DNA of 64,000 nucleotides. Source: a virus. The stretch is from IMG/VR virus record IMGVR_UViG_3300025289_000001; one strand, written 5' to 3'. The position numbers and the translations under genes are program-made. Every line of letters begins with the position of its first letter. Within the stretch, counting starts at the first letter, position 1. The notes beneath the pieces were generated by a model. The model made no database searches. It was not told the DNA's origin and was given only the letters and a program-made list of their open reading frames with translations. Below, in pieces: positions 19,113-26,900 of the stretch.

Positions 19113-19982
19113 ATGGACGAATTAAATAGACTCATTAATCAATTAATTAAGGAAAAAGGGGGTACTAAACAACAGTACCTCCATTTACTTGATGTTATAT
19201 CAAACCATGAAACTAAACGTACTTTTGATACTAAAAGTATTCAGGATGAAGGTGATCCAACTAATTATGGTTCAGGACTTTATCATTTTGAAACAGGTAA
19301 AAATAAAGGTGGTATAACTGCAGCAAGACGTGCTGTTAATGTATATAATAAAAAGGGATATCCAATACCTTCTTGGTTAAAAGATGCTACTGCTGGTTCA
19401 GAATTAGATGCTGGACAATTAACACCTCAACAACAATCTGTATTATTTTTAGCAAATCATATAGAACATCCTAAATCTGACTTTAGTAAGATTTGGAAAG
19501 GAGAACAATCTATACCAGAATTTTGGTCAGAGAATCATCAAGCTGATCCTGATAAAAAACAAAGGAAGTTAAAAGAGAAAAGATTTAAAGAAGATTATGA
19601 AAGATATCAAGAGCAAGGTCATACTTATCCTGAAATAGATAAATCTGCTCCTGAAACAGATAGATGGAATGCTTATACAGATGAATTAAGTAAAAATGAT
19701 TTATATACAGCAGCTAAACAATCTGTTAAGAAAAATCAGATACAGTTTGCACTAGGTGGTAATATCCAAGACTTATCACATTTAAAACAATCTAATAATA
19801 ATTCTTTATATAGAAGGAATTTTAATACTTATAATACAGGAGGGCTACACTCGCAAAATCCATTAGGAGGTGTACCAATAGGTAGAGGTGCTAATGGGAA
19901 AATAAACACAATAGAACAAGGGGAGTCAGCTTATAACTTTAAAACTGGTAAATTCATATTTTCAAATAGAATAAAAATATAA
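19113..19982 (+). CDS. hypothetical virion/internal protein (weak resemblance to lytic transglycosylase motifs)
   Basis: 289 aa. SNHETKR...GSGLYHFETG loosely recalls the E-S/T...GLMQ pattern of SLT domains, which is not enough for a call. Confidence 0.5.
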   Translation: MDELNRLINQLIKEKGGTKQQYLHLLDVISNHETKRTFDTKSIQDEGDPTNYGSGLYHFETGKNKGGITAARRAVNVYNKKGYPIPSWLKDATAGSELDAGQLTPQQQSVLFLANHIEHPKSDFSKIWKGEQSIPEFWSENHQADPDKKQRKLKEKRFKEDYERYQEQGHTYPEIDKSAPETDRWNAYTDELSKNDLYTAAKQSVKKNQIQFALGGNIQDLSHLKQSNNNSLYRRNFNTYNTGGLHSQNPLGGVPIGRGANGKINTIEQGESAYNFKTGKFIFSNRIKI

Positions 19983-19985
19983 AAC

Positions 19986-22133
19986 ATGAAAGCAAATTTA
20001 ATTAAAATGTTTAACCTTCCTCCATATATAAAAGGGAAAAGTTTTGCACAAGCTTCTATAGCAATAGAAAACAAATTTAAAGACAGAAAGGATAAGTATT
20101 CTAATGATACTAAAGAAGAGTTAATGCAACGCTTAGCTGATGCTCAAGAGTATATTAAGATGCAACAATCCTTACAAAATGAATCACAACAAATACCTGA
20201 TCAAATGGGTGGTGAAGTACCACAAGGTATGGAACAATTTATACAACAAGGTCAAGGTCAAGAAATGATGCAACCACAAGATATGGAAGGTATGGAACAA
20301 ATACCACCAGAAATGATGGAAGGACAACAACAAATGGCTTATGGTGGGTCTATAGGTGGTGAAGATCCTATATTAAAACCAGGCATGAATATATCTGGAC
20401 CAGAAGGACAATTCCAAAGTAATATTAAATTTGTAGATGAAGCAAAAGATAGATCAATTGTAGTAGATGGTCAAGGAAATTATTCAATAGTACCTAATAG
20501 AGTTTTAAAATTAAATTTACAAGGAAGTACTAGTGGTGGTGCTAAACCAATGTCACCTGCAGAAGCAGCATATTTTATGAAAAATACACCTGGACCAGTA
20601 AATACTAAACAAAATAATGCTTTGAGTGCACAAGGAACAGAAGAAATGATTGCTAATCAAAATGCTATTAAAGCTAATAAAGAATGGGGAGTTCCTTTAC
20701 GTAAAGGGGCTAATTGGAATGCATTAGGTGGAGAATTAATGAGACAACCACAAACAGCATTAGTAGGTAATACTTCAGGTATAACTTCAATGCAAGGTAG
20801 TACAGTAAATCCTACATTAGCAACTGTTAAACCTAATGTTCAACCATCTTCACCAGCTACTTCAAAATCTCCAATGGGTGATTTAGGTGATGTAGCAGGA
20901 GCAGCTCAAGGATTATTAGCTGCTGGTCAAGATATATTTGGACCTTCAACAGTAGATAGTTCTGGAGCTACAAGATATGATATTAATGCTACTAAACAAG
21001 CTGGATTAATGAAAGGTGTAGGAGGTGCAGCTGATTTAGGAAAAGGTATTCTTACAGGTAATCCAATGGATATGATAAAAGGTGGCACAGCATTAGTTAG
21101 TTCTATTTTTGGTAAGGGTAGTAAAGGAATGGCAGATGCAAATCATCAATATGTATTAGGTCAAAATGCAGGTTTAAGACAATCTGATTTTGCTTATGGT
21201 GGTAAAGTATTACCTGATTATACTACAAATCAACCAGTAACTTCAACGCAATCATTTAGTGAAGCATATAATCCATTTAGTATTCAAAATAGAAATAGAC
21301 CTACATTAGATAGTGCAATTTTACCTACTGCAAGTGGACTACAACAGCAACAACAATTAGCTGCATCTAATTTAAAAAAACCAACTGTAAGTACAGTACC
21401 CTCAACTTTTGATACTACAATGTTAGAGAATATAAAAAGAAAAACTTTAGCAGGGCGTGGATTAGATTTCCTTGGTAATAATGCTAGTAGAGCTGCTGAA
21501 TTTGCACCTGTTGCTAGTAATATTATGGATTTAAAGAATTTGAAAAGAGGTGTAACTGCAAGAGGTGCTAGAATGGAAGGTAGATATAGTCCTGCACAAT
21601 TTGATGAAGCTAGAATGTTAAATCAACTTAATCAACAAAATACAGAAAGAGCTTTAACAGAAGCATCTGGTGGTAATACTGGTGGTTTACGTGCTAGTTT
21701 GTTAGGTGCTGATATTAATAAGAAGAAAGCTTTATCTAATATAATGGGCGATAAAGCGCAACGAGATATTGCAGAAAATCAATTTAAATATCAAGCAGAT
21801 ACAGCTAAAGATCAAATTAATGTTGGATTAGAACAAGACTTTATAAATAGACAAGCAGCTGATGAAGGTGCATATCAAACTACTAAAGGTAAACTACGTA
21901 GACAAATAGCTGAGGATATAGCTGGTATAGGTAGAGAAGCTGGTAATAAAGATTTAGTTAGAGAGATGTTTGGTTACAAGTGGGATGGGCAGTATTATGT
22001 TGATAAAGAAGGTATTAAACATTCTGTAGAAGAAGTAAATAAGAAAGTTGCTGAAAAGAAAGCACAGGATAATAAAACAACTACAACTACTAATGCAAAT
22101 ATGTTTGGTGGTTATACTTTAAAAAGAAAATAA
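19986..22133 (+). CDS. internal virion protein with Q/M/E-rich low-complexity region
   Basis: 715 aa. Contains QQIPDQMGGEVPQGMEQFIQQGQGQEMMQPQDMEGMEQIPPEMMEGQQQMAYGG. G/S/A-rich, with no enzymatic motif. Confidence 0.6.
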   Translation: MKANLIKMFNLPPYIKGKSFAQASIAIENKFKDRKDKYSNDTKEELMQRLADAQEYIKMQQSLQNESQQIPDQMGGEVPQGMEQFIQQGQGQEMMQPQDMEGMEQIPPEMMEGQQQMAYGGSIGGEDPILKPGMNISGPEGQFQSNIKFVDEAKDRSIVVDGQGNYSIVPNRVLKLNLQGSTSGGAKPMSPAEAAYFMKNTPGPVNTKQNNALSAQGTEEMIANQNAIKANKEWGVPLRKGANWNALGGELMRQPQTALVGNTSGITSMQGSTVNPTLATVKPNVQPSSPATSKSPMGDLGDVAGAAQGLLAAGQDIFGPSTVDSSGATRYDINATKQAGLMKGVGGAADLGKGILTGNPMDMIKGGTALVSSIFGKGSKGMADANHQYVLGQNAGLRQSDFAYGGKVLPDYTTNQPVTSTQSFSEAYNPFSIQNRNRPTLDSAILPTASGLQQQQQLAASNLKKPTVSTVPSTFDTTMLENIKRKTLAGRGLDFLGNNASRAAEFAPVASNIMDLKNLKRGVTARGARMEGRYSPAQFDEARMLNQLNQQNTERALTEASGGNTGGLRASLLGADINKKKALSNIMGDKAQRDIAENQFKYQADTAKDQINVGLEQDFINRQAADEGAYQTTKGKLRRQIAEDIAGIGREAGNKDLVREMFGYKWDGQYYVDKEGIKHSVEEVNKKVAEKKAQDNKTTTTTNANMFGGYTLKRK

Positions 22134-22134
22134 G

Positions 22135-23997
22135 ATGGCATCAGTAAATCGATATACAAATTTAGAACCTGCTAAATATACTCCTCGTACATTACAAGAA
22201 CTTATGATGGTTCCAATGTATAAACGTGGACAACATGATGCATTGACAGAAAAAATAGCTGCTACAGAAGCTGCATTAGGGCAAGTTGACCCATTAGATA
22301 TACATTCTGAACGAGCTAGATTTGAACAACAAAAATTATATGATCAATTAACTCAACAAGCAGAACAGTTACAACAAAAAGGATTTGGTAGAACCTCTAC
22401 TAGTGATTTTCAAAGATTAAATAAACAATATCAACAAGCTATATCACCAACAGGTGATCTAGGTAGAATACAATTAGCTAAACCAGCTTTAGATAAAGCT
22501 AGGTCTCTTTATATAGAAAATGCAACAAAAGGTGGACTTTCATCAGATGTTGCTGCTGCTAATTGGGAAGATCATAAAGCAGAATATATAAAGAAATTTA
22601 ATGAGACTGGTAAAATAGAAAATATTAGTGATAGATTTGGTGCTAAATATATAGATGTTCCTGCTGAATTAATTAAACTATTTACTGCTGCTGGTGTAGA
22701 AGGTGGAGATTTATCCACACTTACTTCTAGTATTATTAAACAAGATGATGGTGGTTCGTATGTTTTAACTAAAGGGGCAGCTAATAAATATTCATCTAAT
22801 AAAGAAAGACTTCAAGCCGCAGTAAATTATATTAATAATCAAATTAAAAATCCTGAATCTGAAATAGGACGTTCTCTAAAAGAACAACGTAAATCACCAG
22901 AACAAGCTTTACAAGAGGTAGAAGGATTAAACAAAATATTTGAGAAAAATATTACAGATACCTCAACTTCTAGTCAGATATCTGGATATTCACCTGCTAC
23001 TACTTTAGGTATACCATCTGATGAAAATTTAGAGCATGAATCTACGGAAGCTGAGTCTGTAAATACAAATTTTAAGAGTATTGTAGATAAATTATCACGT
23101 ATAAAGAATAAAGTACCTATAAATCCAAAAACAGATCCTACTTATATAGCAGGATTAGCACCAAGTGGTTTTATACCAAATAAGAAGGTAGGTGAAGTAT
23201 CTGATTTCAATAATCAGTTTTCTAAAAAAGAAATGGAAGAATATACAAATATGGCTAATAGGATAATTGCAAGTAATCCTGCATTAAAAGGTAAATTAGT
23301 TACAAGTCCAGAAGTATTAGATGCAGTATCACAATACTCAGCTCAGAATTCTAATATATTAAGACAAAATGCATTAATAACTTCTGATTTTATGACTACT
23401 TATGGTGATAATAGTATTGGAGTAAATAAGACTGATCCTGAAAAAATTGTAAAAGGTATAGTTGCTAATAAAGATTTACGTAAATATTTTATTAATGGGG
23501 AAGTAGTATCATATGATAAATTACCATCAGATATTAAAAAAGATTTTGATAAATTAACTTTTAGTGGATATTATAGCCCAAAGAACTTTTTAACAGATAG
23601 TTATGGTGGAGATGCTAATAAAAATTTATTTGTTACACCAATATCTTTAAAGCATACTAATAAAGATGGTCAAGTAACTGAAGTATTAGTTAGTAGAAGT
23701 AGTGGAGAAATGAATAGAGCATCATTTAAAGCTGATTCTGCATTTAATGATGTATTTGTTAATACAAATAAATATGCAGGACTTGCATATGATATACCTA
23801 ATGCAAATGCTGAGGTTACATATTATCCAGATGGAATACCTTATCCAGGTGCACCAGCTGGTACCAAATATATGATGAGTAAGAAAGTGAATGGTAATTA
23901 TGAGGGGAACCCTATATTTTTAACAGAAAGTAATTTACAAAATATGTTTTATAATTGGTATGGAGTATCAACTTCAGCTAAAACAAAGAATAAATAA
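22135..23997 (+). CDS. hypothetical internal virion protein
   Basis: 620-aa ORF, 1 nt after the preceding stop. The N-terminal part is helical and Q/E/K-rich. Confidence 0.6.
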   Translation: MASVNRYTNLEPAKYTPRTLQELMMVPMYKRGQHDALTEKIAATEAALGQVDPLDIHSERARFEQQKLYDQLTQQAEQLQQKGFGRTSTSDFQRLNKQYQQAISPTGDLGRIQLAKPALDKARSLYIENATKGGLSSDVAAANWEDHKAEYIKKFNETGKIENISDRFGAKYIDVPAELIKLFTAAGVEGGDLSTLTSSIIKQDDGGSYVLTKGAANKYSSNKERLQAAVNYINNQIKNPESEIGRSLKEQRKSPEQALQEVEGLNKIFEKNITDTSTSSQISGYSPATTLGIPSDENLEHESTEAESVNTNFKSIVDKLSRIKNKVPINPKTDPTYIAGLAPSGFIPNKKVGEVSDFNNQFSKKEMEEYTNMANRIIASNPALKGKLVTSPEVLDAVSQYSAQNSNILRQNALITSDFMTTYGDNSIGVNKTDPEKIVKGIVANKDLRKYFINGEVVSYDKLPSDIKKDFDKLTFSGYYSPKNFLTDSYGGDANKNLFVTPISLKHTNKDGQVTEVLVSRSSGEMNRASFKADSAFNDVFVNTNKYAGLAYDIPNANAEVTYYPDGIPYPGAPAGTKYMMSKKVNGNYEGNPIFLTESNLQNMFYNWYGVSTSAKTKNK

Positions 23998-23998
23998 T

Positions 23999-26900
23999 AT
24001 GGGTAATGGGATAGGAACATATGATGCTAATTTTAGTTTATATGATTTAGCTAAGAGTTCACAAATAAAAACACATAAACGTGCTTCACATTTAGATACT
24101 GAAGTTGCAAGAAATACATCTTTTGGTGAAAGTATTTATGATAAATCTTTTTTTCCAAATGTTACATTAAATGTAGATGGTAAAGGAGATAATCTTGAAC
24201 AATTAATAACTGAAAATAGAGCACAATATCAACCTTGGGTTACTAAGGCGGGAGCAGGTGTAGCTAGAATTGGTGCAAAAGCATTAACAGAGATAGCTAA
24301 AATGCCTGGTGTATTAGGGGGTATTGCAGTTGGGGCTGCAGGACAAGCTTGGGATGTTGCTACAGACCAAGATAATACTGACTTTATGCAAACTGCATTT
24401 AATAATCCATGGATTAATAGTTTAAATGATATAAATGAAAGTATAAATCAAGAATTATTACCTGTATATGTAAAAAAAGCTGTACAAGAAGGTAATTTAT
24501 GGGCTAATATTTCATCTATAGATTTTTGGGCAACAGAAGGAGCTGATGGTTTAGGATATATATTATCAATGTTAGCACCTGGAGCTTTAATTAATAAAGC
24601 TAATTTAGGTGCAAAAATGTTTGGTATTGGACAATTTGCTAAGATGACTGATAAAATGGATGATGCAGTTAAGATTATGGGGGGTATATCATTAACTCCT
24701 AGGAATGCAAATTTAATTACATCTACTATTGCAAATACATTATTTGAAGCTGGTGCAGAAGCACAAGGTGGTATGGAAAGGTTCAAACAAGAACTAGATA
24801 TGCAGTTAGAGAGTGGTGAAATAACACAAACTGAATATGAATCACAATTATTAAGACAAAGTGAAGTAGGTAGGAATATATTTATAGCTAATGCTGCTAT
24901 ACTTATAGGTCCAAATGCTATGATGGCTAAAATGTTATGGGGAAAACCTCGTAATAGAGGTATGAAATTAAGTAAAACTGATGGTGGAATTGGATTTAAC
25001 GAAGTTGCAGAATATACTTTAAAAGATAAAGCTAAAATTGGAGCAAAAGCATTAGGTATTGGTACATTGCAAGAAGGTTTTTGGGAAGAAGGTATGCAAT
25101 CTACAGCAGAACAATATTTTGTAGAACAAGGTCATAAAAAGTCAAAAGGTTTTATATCAGAGTTTGGTGATTATTTAGGAGATTTACCTAAATCTTATGC
25201 TGAAATGATTTCAGAAACAGAAGGACAAAAAGCTATCTTTTTAGGTGCAGTTTTTGGTGGAGGTATGACAGCTTATCATGATAGAAAATCTAGTATAAGT
25301 GAAAGACTTACAACCAATGATATAGTTAAACAAGCCAATGAAAGTCTTAATGGGTTTTATGATACATTTAGAGGGGATACTTTTAAAGAAAATCCAGATA
25401 CTGATGATTTAGCAAGTTTTATTGCTAAAATGAGAGGGTTTCAAGGTATAGAAACCTTAAATGATTTATATAATATTGCTTTAAAAGAAGGTGATACTAA
25501 TACATTAGAAACAATTAGAGACATCGCCAGTACACAATTAGTAAAACCCTTTATAATTAATGACCAATTAGGTTTAGATGCATTAAAACAACATTTAGAT
25601 GCGTCTAAAGAACTTATAACTATAAGTGAGCAAGAAAAAGATGTTACTGTTGATAAAATTATTGATGGTATCATGGAGAAGGCTACTAAACTTAAAGATG
25701 TCTATAATAATTATAATGATTTTGCTCCTACTTTATTAGATTTAAAACATAAAAATGCAACAGAAAGAGATAAATCATCTTTTTATAATAAGTTAGCAGA
25801 TTCTTATGTTAATGCAAAAGCTACTCAATTTCAATTACAAAATGAATTAAAAGAGCAAAATAACGGATTAGATAAATTATTAAAGGAAAAAGGTAAAACT
25901 CGTGCAGAATTAGAAAGTAATCCATTATTAGCTAATGAACTGAATTCAGATACTCGAATAGTAAAAGTTAAAGAAAGTATAAAAGAAACTTCTGATTTAG
26001 TAGAAGAAGCTAATAAAGAGGTAGATAAATTTTGGGAAAAAAATAATATACAGAAAGAATTTAATAAAGCTGTTGAAGGGCGTGAATTACTAGAAAAAGA
26101 AATGGCTAAAACTAAAGAAGTTGATGAAGTCATTGATAAAATAAAAGTAGCTAAAACTTCTAAAGAAGTTGATGATATATCTGTACCAGAAGGTTTATCA
26201 AAAGAATATATTACAAATTTAAAACTTAAAAGAAAAGCAGAACTACAAATAGAAAAAGATTTACAAGATAATGCTACTAAAAATAGTAATGATGAATTTG
26301 ATCAACAATCTCAACTAAAAGAAGAAGATACGCTGAATGAATTAGAATATATTAAAGAGAATTATAATGTAGGAGAAGCTATTACAATTGATCCTAATTT
26401 TAAGTTAGGTAAACAATTTAATGGAAAAACTGGTATAATTAAATCTATATCTAAAAATGGTGTTACAGTTACAATTGAAGGAGAAAATAAAAGTGTAACT
26501 ATATCTTTATCTAGTTTAACTAAAGTTCATCATGATAATAATATTAACTATGAATCTGAAGGTGGTAATCCTAAAATAATTCAGTTACCTACAGAAGATT
26601 TAACTTCTGGTGAAACTTTTGAAAAAACAGGAGGTAGTAGAATAATGTCATCTGATAATAAAGGTGGTGTTTTATTTGGTAATCAAGCTGCATTAGATTT
26701 TGAACAATCTCCAGTAGATAAAGTAGGACAAGAAAAGAAGATAGTAGTTAATCAAGGTAATGTTGTTGGAGAAACTACTGATACATCTATATTTACAGAG
26801 AATCAGAAACAAGCATTAGAAATGTTTAATGCTGGTGATTTAAGCCAAATGAGTTTTCTTATTGATCATTTACCTTTAAGCGTAGAACTTAGTGAAGGTG

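Noticed and set aside
19063-19125. 20-codon ORF (MKKHLEIIQLFYIFARIWTN) in the gap upstream of 19113
   Set aside because: It overlaps the predicted promoter and the start of the next gene in another frame, and is too short and unsupported. It is more likely non-coding promoter sequence.
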